From positions 61,072,001 to 61,136,000 of the forward strand of contig NC_086108.1 of assembly GCF_963921235.1 (NCBI RefSeq): a DNA stretch of 64,000 bases, written 5' to 3'. Shown here in pieces: positions 13,553 through 25,178 of this stretch. Source of the DNA: Mobula hypostoma (Eukaryota). Within the stretch, counting starts at the first letter, position 1, and each line of letters begins with the position of its first letter. The position numbers and the translations under genes were made by a program. Below the pieces are notes generated by a model that made no database searches, had not been told where the DNA came from, and saw nothing but the letters and a program-made list of their open reading frames with translations.

Positions 13553-14220
13553 TAGTATTGTTCACCAGAGAAACAACTTACATTCTGAAATATCTTGAAG
13601 TGAGCAGCTTCAAATCGTATTTGTAAAAAAAAGTTTTAAAAATTCTGATTTTACTTGCTTTTGAAGTTTTTATTTTAGCAAATCTGGGCCTGGAACTGGA
13701 AATTGTAGTAACACAGCTTGATGCTTTCAGTGTAACTGTATTAGTGGCTGTCTGGTATTGAGCATAGTGGGGAAGTAAATTGACTAGAATGACAAATTGT
13801 ACTTTTATGGTTTATATTTGTCCAGCTGCCTCTGAACTCAGTAGGCTGCCAATATTAGGCACACCTGAATGCACCAGTTAAAAAGACCATCCAAAGTGGC
13901 CTTTTAAAATGTTAAATATAAAATTTTAAGTGTCAAGTTGTTGTCAATGAAGTTATTGGGTAATGATTTTGTTCTACAGTTAGTTACAAATTATTCTGCT
14001 GCTTTCTCAAGTTTTAGTTCTCGAAATCATTTTAAATAATAACATTTTAGGTGTCATTCTATGACAAATCAAATTCGTGTTTGTAGAGTACAGAACATAA
14101 TTATTCTGCTGTTATTTTGAAAATGAGCTTACAGTCACTGCTCTTTTGGTAACAGTTGAATATAATGTCAGCCCAGGTTAGTGGAAGAATATCTTAGTGT
14201 GATGTCCTTTATTTTCACAG

Positions 14221-14369
14221 GGCCCACAGATGGGGGTTGGAACTGTTGGTCTCAATGGTCTGCATGCAGAAGCGGCTTGAGGAAACGGACACGGAGCTGC
14301 AACCATCCACCCCCAAAAGATGGTGGTGCCACGTGTCTTGGGAAGGACACACAGGCGCAACGCTGTTAA
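14221..14369 (+). CDS. C8A: Complement C8 alpha terminal coding exon (C-terminal TSP1 domain)
   Basis: ttttcacag|GG CCC ACA GAT. GPTDGGWNCWSQWSACRSGLRKRTRSCNHPPPKDGGATCLGKDTQAQRC-stop, with WxxWxxW and a terminal Cys as in C8A. Confidence 0.95.
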
Positions 14370-14738
14370 AATGTCCCCAGTTTTTGGCTGTCTGTGTTAT
14401 TTGTTTTCAAACTCTGATTTAATTGGGTACTATTTTGAAGTTCACTGTTCCTTTTTTAATGCAAGGAGTATCAGGCTTCATCCAATAATTTGAATCATTT
14501 AAGTCGACAGGAGAACAGAACAGGGATTTATATTCATTGAAAAATACTCATAAAATGATTTGTGGAAATTAATGGCATTTCAATATGCCTTTCCAAAGGA
14601 ATCATATCAATCCTTTGGCAACATTTGCCAGCTGATTCATCAATATATTCAACTCAGCATTTTGATACCTATTGGACCTCTTAATGTCAGATCTATTATC
14701 TTCAGGTCATAAATAGATAATGGGAAAATGAAGCATCA

Positions 14739-14777
14739 AATAAAAATCTGTAACAGTTATTTTCAGTCAAAAATAAA
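14739..14777 (+). promoter_or_regulatory. Candidate C8A polyadenylation signals (two AATAAA)
   Basis: AATAAA at 14739-14744 and 14772-14777, about 370-400 nt after the stop codon. Confidence 0.5.
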
Positions 14778-15066
14778 CATTTAAAATATACTTAGTTTCT
14801 AATATTTTATACACTCTGATCAAATGAGTAAAGTAACACTAGAGCTTTAAAAATAATCAGAGTACAAGTTGTTGTCAATGAAGTAATCAGGTAATGATTT
14901 CATTTTACTGTTGGTTACAGATTATTCTGCTGTTTCCTCAAGTTCTAGTTCTTGAAATCATTTTAGTTTCATATATTTTATACAATCTGATCAAATGGGT
15001 AAGGTAACACTAGAACTTTCAAAATAATCAGAGTACAAATCCAGTTAGAAATCTGTTAGTTAGTAG

Positions 15067-15987
15067 TGTCACAAGCCCTGTGACGGGAATAAAGAACCAG
15101 CAGAGATGAAAAACACTTTGGAGTCTAGTATTGCTATAAACTAATAATATTTATTAGTAACTACGCAATACAGTGAACTAAGTGAAGATAAATCAAACAG
15201 GTTTGCAAAAAAAAAGATAAAAGTAAGTATGGAATATATATATATATATATATATATATGAAAAACCAAGCTTCTTTAAGTCCACGGGTAAAAAGATACA
15301 GTCTTACGACAATGAGTAAAGTTCATTTCAGTTCAGTTCGTGGTATTTAGTTGAGTAGCGATGGAGAGAGAGAGAGAGTGAGTTGAGTCTTCAGATGAGC
15401 TGTTGCCGTCGATCTTCTCGTCGTCCTCCGAAATCCTTCACCAGTCACCGACTGTGACTTTAACAAGGGGGACTGGTTTTCTGTGGTGGAGCTATCACCT
15501 CAGCAAGGGTGAACACATAGACAACTCCCCACCAGTCAACCCCTTCTCCTTCACTGGAAGAGCAATTGGATCGATCCGCCTGATGGATCCTCCAAAACCC
15601 ACTTCCTCTGCGGGCACAACAATGCCCATTCAGTGTCCAGATCGTGTCTGAGGTCTGTATCATCTGACCTCCTATTTATCTCACCGTGCTGAGCATCACC
15701 TGTCATTCAAAGAGTCCCTCCTTCCTTTGTCTGTGAGGACATGCAAACAAGCAGAGCTGTCCTTGAAAGTAACATCAATAATGTGCTGTCGGTCACCATA
15801 GCAACCTTCGAGCTGCTTGGTATTATCTCCAAAGTAGAAATCCAAAGTCACCTCCCATGCCCTAATGGGACAGTCCAACCGTCAATCTTCGTCTCTCTCT
15901 CTCTTTTCAAAACAAACCATTGGTGATGAATAACTCTCTCTCTCTCTCTTCAAACAGTTAATAGGGGCACTCCAGGATCCCCTCACA
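15067..15987 (-). mobile_element. Solo LTR (921 bp, TG...CA, 4-bp TSD GTAG)
   Basis: gtag|TGTCACA...CCTCACA|gtag. AATAAA on the minus strand at 15150-15155. Internal TA and GA microsatellites. Confidence 0.8.
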
Positions 15988-16863
15988 GTAGAGTGTGTAT
16001 TAGAGAACCTTCTTTGCAAGATACTCTGCATAACTGAATCCTGGGTGCTTCCTCGCCATCTTCGTTAAACCTTCAGCCATTCGAAGGTTTTCGAGTCCGA
16101 ATTCCATGAATGCACAAGCTTTGCTCCCCTTTGGCTCGATGTATGGGGTTGCTCAGAGGAAGTATAAAATTCAAGAAGTTTTCTGCTCTGGACCAGGTGT
16201 AATGCAAAGTTTAGATTCACTGTGAGATGAGATATTGCTTCCTCCGGAAAAGTGCAGGCTAGAGAAGAAGGCATTCAGCATGCTTGCGTTTATAAGTATT
16301 GAAAATAAGATTTTGCTAGAGGGGACACACCTGCAGTTTTGTGGAAGACGGAACATCTCATCTTACAAGGCATTCATGCTTAGTGTTGCACCTGGTTCTA
16401 CTGGGCTTGCTTTTTCTGCTTGGAATCACCTTAGAGGACAGAGTCGAAATTTCATATTAGGTTCACAGCATGTTATACCAGGATATCAGCTGCTTTGAAA
16501 GTCATTCAAATGAACTAGAAAACGTGCATTGTGTGTGTTGCACAGGATTTCCAGCATCTGCAGAATCTCTTGCGCAAAATGAACTGGAAGCTCTTTTGAT
16601 CATGAAATCTCCCATTAAAATTGCAGGGAGTACTTATTGATACGAAGCCACGGGGAGCAACTCCTTACTGTGCACCATCATTGAAAGGACATCAGGTTTG
16701 CAGGTTTTGGTTCTTTGAAGGATAACTGTCCATATGATAGGTATTAGCACATACTGGCATGTAGACTCAAAGTTTGCTGCCTGGTCTCCCAACTTGTCAG
16801 GAGGTAGCAAGCCCTGCATCAGCTGGTGATGCCATGCTGGGCCTGGGGCAAGGCTGACATATA

Positions 16864-17479
16864 CGAGGGGTGATTGATAAGTTCGTGGCCTAAGGTAGAA
16901 GGAGTCAATTTTAGAAAACCTAGCACATTTATTTTTCAACATAGCCTCCTCCTACATTTATACACTTAGTCCAGTGGTCGTGAGCATACGGATCCCTTCT
17001 TTGTAGAAGTCGGCATCTGGGACCTCCAGAAAGTGGTCCACAGCTGGAGTGATTGATAAGTTCGTGGCCTACGGTAGAAGGCGATGAGTTATATGGCTCT
17101 CATTATATGCACCTGCAGTTCAACTCTGAGTGATTATGCAGAAAGTTTGAAATTAATAACTCATCAGGGGTGATTGATAAGTTCGTGGCCTAAGGTAGAA
17201 GGCGATGTTATTAACTTCAAACTTTCTGCATAATCACTCAAAGCGTTGAACTGCATGTGCATGTAACGAGAGCTGTATAACTCATCACCTTCTACCTTAG
17301 GCCACTAACTTATTAATCACCCCTGCTGTCGACACTTTCTGGAGGTCCAAGATCCATATGCTCCACGACCGCTGGACTAAGTGTGTAAATGTAGGAGGGG
17401 ACTATGTTGAAAAATAAATGAGCTAGGTCTTCTAAAATTGACTCCTACCTTAGGCTACAAACTTATCAATCACCGCTTG
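16864..17479. mobile_element. Tc1/mariner-type foldback MITE
   Basis: TA|CGAGGGGTGATTGATAAGTT...AACTTATCAATCACCGCTTG|TA; almost entirely palindromic. Confidence 0.85.
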
Positions 17480-17480
17480 T

Positions 17481-17900
17481 ACATTTGTAGGTCGTTCCAT
17501 GTTCTGAACTCTTGCCAGTTTGTCTGAATCTGGTTGCCCTCATTCTGAAGACAGTTGGTGGGCTAAGAACTTCACTTCACAAATTTATTTTTGTTTAGGG
17601 AGATTCCAGCCTGTTCAGTTTCTCCAAGGCAGCATCCACTCTTTTGCTATGTTCCTCACTTGAGCCTCTGAAAATGAGTACATCGTGCATGTGGCAGATA
17701 AGTACTTCCAGTCTCCCCAAAATTTGATTCCTCCTTACCTAAGAGTTCAGGGGCTGAGGAGATGCCAAAGGGAGTCTCTTGAAGGCACATCAATCATATG
17801 GTGTGATACGGGTTGTGAGCTTCTGTGACTCACTGCTATCAGGGAGTAGGGAGTCACTGCTGGATAAGGTATTCTTTTTTCAGTGCCCCCAGTTTGTGCT
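17481..17900 (-). mobile_element. Old Gypsy pol (reverse transcriptase) remnant, split by the MITE
   Basis: Minus-strand frameshifted translation KLTT.ITP...AFKRLPFGISSAPE...CHMHDVLI...EEHSKRV...AGISLNKNK..EVKFLAH. Probably continues left of the MITE toward ~16600. Confidence 0.65.
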
Positions 17901-18019
17901 TCTCACTCAGCTCTTGGAAATCCATGGTTGGAACTTTTATATTTATGCCATGATTTTTTGTTGATATTGCAGACAATGCAATCAACTCTTCATGAGTTAG
18001 CTTCAAATTGACCTTAAGA

Positions 18020-18570
18020 CATAGGAGCAGAATTAAGCCATTCAGCCCATCAAGTCTGCTCAGCTATTTGATTAATATTCCTCTCAAACCTATATTCTTG
18101 CCTTCTCCCGTAACCGTTGGTACCCTTACTAAACAAGAACTTATTAACCTCCTCTTTAAATATACCCAAAGAGCCATTTGTAGCAATGAATTCCACAGAT
18201 TCACCACTTTCTGGCTAAAGAAGTTCCTTCTCAACCTGTCCTAAAGAGATGTACTTCTATCCTGAGGCTGTACTCTCTGGTCCTTGACTCCTCCATTATG
18301 AGAAACATCATTTCCATATCCACTCTATCTAGGTCTTTCAATATTCAATAGGTTTCAATGATATTTCCCCCTATTCTTAACTCCAGAGACATCAAATCCC
18401 CTCATACATTAACTCTTTCATTCCCAGGATTATACCCGTGAACCTCCTTTTAACACTCCCCAATGCTCGCACATTCTTTCTTACATAAAGGGACAAAAAC
18501 TACTCACAGTCCTCCATGTACAGTCCAATCAATACCTTATAAAGCCTCAGCATTACATCTTCGCATGTAA
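18020..18570 (-). mobile_element. CR1 LINE 3' fragment
   Basis: Reverse complement of the CR1 3' end (cagaaagtggtgaatctgtggaattcattg; aattctgctcctatgtctt). Confidence 0.75.
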
Positions 18571-19564
18571 TTCCACTAACCATAGAATTTCTAACACTGG
18601 ATATCTCAGTAATGATTCATTAATCAGACTGAATTCAGACGTTTGCTAAAAACTGGATCACATTGGTCTTGGTTATTCCAATATGTATATGCGATTAACC
18701 CTAAACCCTTCACTTAACCGCCGAGCCAGTTCCCTCCTTTGCTACACAAGTGGTGACGATCTCACCCTCTCCCCTTTACACTACTAAAAGAGAGAATTGG
18801 AATGGTATGAAAGGCAGTTGTACCCAGTCCAGGGAGACTCCTCCACTGCCCTCACCTCAAATCCCCACAGCCACTGCCCCCCCCAATGACTAAAGATGTG
18901 AAAATAAGCAGCGACAGTCACTTGAAATTTGATGAAATCAAGGCACCTGTTGACTCACCTTATCTTTGCCATTTACACCTATCTTTTAGTCTGTGCAGTA
19001 GTTTGAAGGCAATATTCTTGAAATAGTTTCTTAATCTCAGTAAATCCCAGTATAAACTGCCATAGAAACTCTCGGGCAGGTGCAAATATAATGAACAGCT
19101 GGTATCATTCCTCTATTGCTGATTATGAAATTCAGGCCGAGGGTGTTAGTGGTTTATGAAACTGAAATGAACTGCATTATTAAGAACAGAATGCAGTAAT
19201 CATGTTCAAATATTTATGCATATGAGCTCATGCCTGACTGACAAAGAATGAATTGATTCATATTAAAGCGTGTTGCAATTTAAAATAGCTATGACATGGA
19301 AGGCAGAGGCATGGATATCACTGTAAGAACAATGGTTGACGCTATTGGTGCTCACCTTTATTAAAGTGTAAATTGGACAGCGGCTTCCTGCTTCTGCAGA
19401 TGTGTAATGAAATGTGAAAATTGCCCTGTGAGATGCCCTGCTCCTCCAAAAGCCTTACTCTAAGAGTTTCTTGTTGCGAGATGCATCATTCACATGGCAG
19501 AAGAATGTGAGGTGGCACAACTTACCCTCAACTTTTCCTCTGACAAACTGCCAAAAGTTGTCCA

Positions 19565-19662
19565 TTCAACACACAAAAAGCTGGAGGAACTCTGCAGGTC
19601 AGGAACATCTATGGAAAGAGTAAACAGTCGATGTTTTTTGGCCGAGACCCTTCATCAGTCCC
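19565..19662 (-). mobile_element. Penelope-like terminal repeat fragment with a degenerate minimal hammerhead ribozyme
   Basis: Same gctggaggaactc(t/a)gcagg repeat that ends the GIY-YIG fragment at 48300. Minus strand reads CTGATGA-AGGGTCTCGGCC-AAAAAAC-ATC-GACTG. Confidence 0.6.
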
Positions 19663-20499
19663 TTCTTTTGACAAAAATTGTCAATTGCCCATTAAAACAA
19701 CCGAATTAATAACAACAAGACGAGTCTTCATTATTTAAAAATATCTTTTCTGATGCTAGAAGTTCAAGATACGGTCTGATTTTGTCACTTCTTTTATTGA
19801 AGATCTTTGTATATCTTTTGTCATTGAATGAAACACTCTAATTTACATCATAAAGATCCTTCATTGTCTTGAGCAGTAGATCATAGTTTGTCTTGCCACA
19901 CAGGTCCCAAGATACCTACAAACGCACAGAGCTCTTTTGGCTTACCAATAATCACAAATCAAAGTGCAAAATTCCACATGGTAAACCTGTGGACAATTGG
20001 AAATGAGTATAATGAATGGATAGGCACATCTCTTTGACAAAGACTGCAAAATATGGGCTATCTATTCCCAATTACTCAAGTACAATAGTGACAGGGGTCA
20101 AAGCCAGGAGTGTTTCTCCAAGGGCATGGATGCAGTATAGGAAAGAATTTTAACAGTTTGTCATGAATAACATTGGGTGACTTCATCTTCAAACAGATGC
20201 AGTTTAATCTCAACAAATCAATTCACAAGAAACCCATCACCAATCAGTAATCTCCACTCATTGTGACTTGTACCCTAATTATGCATTGTTAACAACCTTT
20301 CACCCGCACCTCCCTGTTTATGCATTTTGGCAGCTACTCAGTAATGCAAGCCACATAGTCTAAGCATATCGCACACCAACAGATACCCTTTCCCTCCACT
20401 GCAAAACTGGGGGGAGCAAGCCACTTCCAATTTTAATCTTCCTGTCAAACAAGTAGTCTCCAGTAAACTCCAAAGACCTTTGCAGTGACTTCCAGCATC

Positions 20500-21815
20500 T
20501 GGAGAAGTCATAATAACCTCTTGCTTAATGTCAACAAGACGAAGGAGGTGGTTATCAACTTCAGGAGGAATTGCACCACTCACCCCCACCTTTACATTGT
20601 CAGCACAGCAGAGGAAACTGCAAGCAGTTCCAGACTCCTGGGAGTGCACATCACACACAGCCTTTCATGGTCCCAGAGCACATCCTACACTGTCAAGAAA
20701 ACTCATCCACGCCTCTACTTTTTGAAGAGGTTGGAGAGAGCAGGACTTTGCACATCCATACACACATCATTTTACAGATGTGCAGTAGAGACCATCCTGT
20801 TAACTGCACCGCCGCTTGGTATGGAAACTGCATTGCGGTGGACAGGGAGACTCTAGTCAAAACTGTGCAATGCGTCACCAGCACCAGCATATCCATCTTC
20901 GAGAAAATATATACAGAAAGGTGCCCGAAAAGTTCAAAGTCCAAATTAAATTTATTACCAAAGTACATAACATATATGTCATCATATACAACCCTGAGAT
21001 TCATTTTCCTGTAGGTAATCACAGTAAGTACAAGAAAAACAATTGAATCAACAAAAGATCACAACCAACTGGATGGACAAACAACCAATGTGTAAAGCAC
21101 AACAAGCTCTGCAAATACAAGAAGAAAGAGGAAAAGATAAATAATAATTATAATGATAATAAATAAATAAATAAGCAATAAATATTGAAAATATAAGATG
21201 AAAAGTCCTTGACCTTGAGTCCATAAGCTGTGGGAACATTTCAATGATGGGGCGAGTAAAGTTGAGTGAAGGTATCTCCTCTGGTTCAAGAGCCCAATGG
21301 TTGAGGGGTAATAACTGTTCCTGAACCCAGTCGTGCAGGTCCTGAGGCTCACGTACCTTCTTCCTGACGGCAGTAGTGAGAAGAGAGCATGGCTTGTAAA
21401 ATGCAGTAACATCACGAAGGATCCCACCCACCCTGATCATGTATGTCCCACTTCCATTGCGGGGAGACTACATAGCATCCACGCCAGGACCACCAGACTC
21501 AAAAACGGTTACTTTCCCCAAGTAGTAAGGCTGATCAACACCTCCACCCACTAACTCCATCGCTGCTTCATTATTTCCTGTCAGTAGCCATATTTACAGC
21601 CTAGCATCACTTTATGGACATACGCTCAATCTACGTATTTAAGCTATTTATGTATTTATATTTATTATGTTTCTTTTTTTATTATTTCTATGTTCTTTAT
21701 CTATTGTGTTTTTTTTGTGCTGCATCAGATCCGGAGTAACAATTATTTCATTCTCCTTTACACTTGTGCACAATAAATGACATTGAACAATCTTGAATCT
21801 TGAATCTTGAATCAT
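20500..21815 (+). mobile_element. Rex1-like LINE 3' part with an oppositely oriented Rex1 3' piece nested at ~20932-21392
   Basis: NNLLLNVNKTKEVVINFRR...RLYFLKRL; reading resumes at SNITKDPTHP after the insert; (tcttgaa)n tail. Confidence 0.8.
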
Positions 21816-22156
21816 TGTTAGAAAATTTGCGAGTATTCAGTTATATTACTTCCTCACTGATATTCATTTCGAACATACAGTATTGCCACAGGTAATGCTT
21901 ATTATTTCTTTGTTATAATTGTTGGATTAAGGTGTAGAATTGTTATATTTTTAGTATTTTCCATGTAGTTTTACTTTTCTGTGCTTGCTTGTATTTCAAT
22001 CTTCAAGTGAGGTGCCACAATAGGGCAGTGTTACAGTTAACGTGATGTTATTTCAGATCAGGGCATCGGAGTTTTTATATTTGTTTATTTATTTAGAGAT
22101 ACAGTGCGGAACAAGTCATTGAGTTGTACCACCCGGCAATCCGCCTATTTAACACC

Positions 22157-22684
22157 CTGGGAAAGGTTTCACTGCTAACGTAATGGTCTTTCTGTAGAAG
22201 CAGTGTTTGGGTTATGGTTAGAGATAATGGCTGCTTTGGAATGTAAGCTGGGTCCTTTTTCAGCAGCAGATGAAGAAGGAAGATGCTGGAGAGAACCGAT
22301 CGCAGGATTTGACCTGGTAGGAGACCTTGATTCGATGGAGCTACGGTCCGCAGTCGACTGAGGATTGGTGAAAATGCCTTTCGGAAGAGTTGAACTCCAA
22401 CTTGTGCACGTTTGACTGTTTAATTATAATGGGCCCCTTTTGTTGTATGTTTCTTTTTTTTCTTTACTAACCCTTTAGCTAAATTAAGATTCATAAATAC
22501 AATCGTATGCAGTGTGCTGTCTGTTCTTTCTTGGCACTGAATTTGTAAGAGGGTAGCAAATTACATATTATCCACACAAAATGGGGATTGGGGTGGGACA
22601 GCCATCTCAATCTCATGGGTTTGGCTGGGCCAGATTGTGTATTCCCCACATTTATGCAGCTAAGGAAGCCAGCAGGGTTTCATA
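22157..22684 (+). mobile_element. Probable solo LTR inserted in the SINE
   Basis: About 530 bp, non-coding, begins TGGGAAAG and ends GGTTTCATA (degenerate TG..GAAA/TTTC..CA ends). Splits the SINE at tttaacac|tagcc. Confidence 0.45.
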
Positions 22685-24269
22685 TAGTCCGTGAGCCAGG
22701 ACCCCAAATTTGAGCCACCGGTTCCATCGGGGGGGAATAATTCTCATAGTGATTTTTGGCAAGATATACACCCCTAGATCTAGAAAATATGTGACAGCAT
22801 TGCAGCGGTGGTAGCTTTCTGTGTTCCGTGTGGGATGATCAAATCATTCTTAGACCATGTGAACGACATGGCCAGTGACTCGAACCAACAGAAGTTGATC
22901 AATCTGCTGCAAAGTCCACTCTTCGCTGAGCTGTTAACCCTGTGGAAGACTTTCTGGAACACCTCCATCACAACAATGGAGAGCTATCCGCATTCTGGAT
23001 ATCATACATTGACAGGGTAGAGAACGTAGTACTTGGACTTCTGTGCGCCTCTCGTGAGGGGGACTGGGAGTTGAACCTCCATGCTATAAGAACCATCATC
23101 CCATGGTGCTTTGCCTATGATAAGATGAATTATGCCAGGTACCTGTCGCCTTATTTTGCTCAGATGATGAACATCCCAGAGAAGAATTCTTCTGTGTATG
23201 AGGCCTTCAAGACCGGCCAATTCTCAGTGCAGCTGTCAAGTAACAACCCCTTTGGGCAGATCCCTGTGGACCAGGCTATTGAAGCCACAGTGAACAAAGA
23301 CACACACAGACTCCTGGAGGCACATCATGGTTCAGCCTGAATGCTGGAGCTATCAAGCGTTACTACATAACAGCTGTGCAGCGCAGTGCATTCCTGGGAC
23401 AGTTAAGGGAGATGGTGCAAGGCAACAAATCAGAGCTTTGTCATGTGGAGCTACAGCAACCAAGAATCCAGAAAGATGAGGAAGCATTTTCAGCAGTGGT
23501 TAGCTGCATACATGAATGGGTCAACCCATTTGCAGAGAAGCAGGACCTCATTAGCATCTCTACGACAAAGTCAGCCCCCAAGGACATTGCCTCCGACCTC
23601 ATGAAGGCATATGAGATTGGTGAGTAATGCTATGCAACGTTCAAGGATGAGAGACTAGAGGAAGACCCACCAGCAAAGAAATTCCATGACACAATGAAAA
23701 CCAACAAGCTGAAAACATTCAGTGATATGTGTAAGAGGAGAGAAGTGAAATCAAATGGGAGGGCGATCATCTTGAAAGCAGACAGGTCTTTGTTTGGACG
23801 CATCATAGTGATGGCACAAGGGCGCAGTCTACGTATGGAGGATATCCTTTCTCATCCCCTTGGACCATTGCCCTGAGCCCTGTCCACACCAGAAGGATTG
23901 CTGAGAAAGACAAATAAAGCTACTTTAGCCACAACCTTGCAGAAAAATGTAGCAGTAGAAGAACAACTCCCAGGAAACTCTGCTACAGTGGTTGATGGAA
24001 TGAACTTGGTCCAAAGAGTAAAAGGTGATCAAGTTACTTTCAGAGATGTTGCCACAACAATGCTGGGTATGGCTCTGAGGGAAGGCAGTCAGAGTAGCAG
24101 AATAGATGTTGTGTTTGACACATACAGGGAAAACTCTATCAAGAATAGTGAAAGATTTCTACGGGGTGAAGAAACTGGTCATGAGTTGCAAGGTATTACA
24201 GGCACACAGATGGTGAGGCAGTGGAGGAGCTTCCTGACCAAAGTCAGTAACAAAAATAGTCTCAGTAGA

Positions 24270-24868
24270 ATAGATTAGACTAGATTATGAGGACATGCAG
24301 TCCTCTTTTATTGTCATTTAGTAATGCATGCATTAAGAAATGATATAATATTCCTCCGGTGTAATATCACAGAAACAAAGGACAGACCAAGACTGAAAAA
24401 CTGACAAAAACCACATACTTATAACATACAGTTACAACAGTGCAAACAATACCGTAACTTTATGAACAGGCCATGAGCACTGTAAAATAGTTCAGTCTCT
24501 CGAAAGTCCCACATCTCACGCTAATGGGAGAAGGAAGAAAACTCTCCCTACCATACCTGACCACAGTTCGACTCTGAGTCGTCCGAAAACTTCGAGCTCC
24601 GATCAGCTCTCCGACACCGAGCACCATCTCTGCCGAACGTTTCGACCGCAGCCTCGGTCGCCAGCAGCAGGCAAAGCCGAGGATTTTGGGGCCTTTCCTC
24701 CGGAGATTCTCAATTGCGCAGTAGCAGCGGCAGCGAACTGGGCGTTTCAGAGGTTACTCCAGATGTTCCTCCGTGCTCTCACGGCAGTCTCCATCAAATC
24801 AGAATTGTGCACAGCCCCTATTTAACAAATACAATATCATTTCACCGGAGAGGCTGCGCGTGCTGCAT
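24270..24868 (-). mobile_element. Short non-autonomous retroposon inserted in the Academ ORF
   Basis: Splits KVSNKNSL / IVHEWRK. Minus strand has a GC/CpG-rich 5' part, AATAAA and a (tctaa)n-like tail. Confidence 0.65.
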
Positions 24869-25178
24869 AGTCCATGAATGGAGGAAGGCAGAGTACAGAA
24901 CAAAGCTACAGGAGAAGATTCTGTATACAACTGTGAATGACAAATGTTACAGAATCACATCTCAAGACAGTGAAGAGGTGTCAGCTCTTCAGCGTCAACA
25001 AGAAGAAGCAGATGGCTGCCCACTTCTCCATGCTGCCCATGCCACAAGAGATACCAATCTGTAGTGATCTGCTCAGAAGACACAGATGTCTTTATCATGT
25101 CTTTAGCATTTTGTGACAAGATTGAGGCCCCATTGTTCCAGAAGTGTGGCACTAGAACCCGTACAAAGCTTGTAGGCA

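Noticed and set aside
2984..14369. Assignment of the plus-strand gene as C9 or C6/C7
   Set aside because: WGKSLKY.P.IIDFE and termination right after a single C-terminal TSP1 (no CCP/FIMAC modules), plus the tail-to-tail position with C8B, fit C8A.
16864..17479. CRISPR-like array (repeated ~33-bp motif with spacers)
   Set aside because: Repeats occur in both orientations, the spacers are mirror copies of each other, the unit has a TA TSD, the context is eukaryotic and no cas genes are present. It is a MITE.
18720..18890. Candidate C8B terminal TSP1 exon
   Set aside because: No WxxWxxW or Cys pattern; the real terminal exon is at 30105-30259.
18950..19930. Possible minus-strand exons between C8A and C8B (donor-like gtgagt ~18955 and gtaagt ~19522; coding-looking stretch 19710-19915)
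   Set aside because: The frames contain stops, no recognisable protein similarity, and no consistent exon chain; C8B already terminates at 30105.
22942..25170. Host gene or domesticated nuclease between the C8 genes
   Set aside because: Multiple stops and frameshifts, interruption by retroelements, and enclosure by TIRs and a TSD show a decayed transposon.
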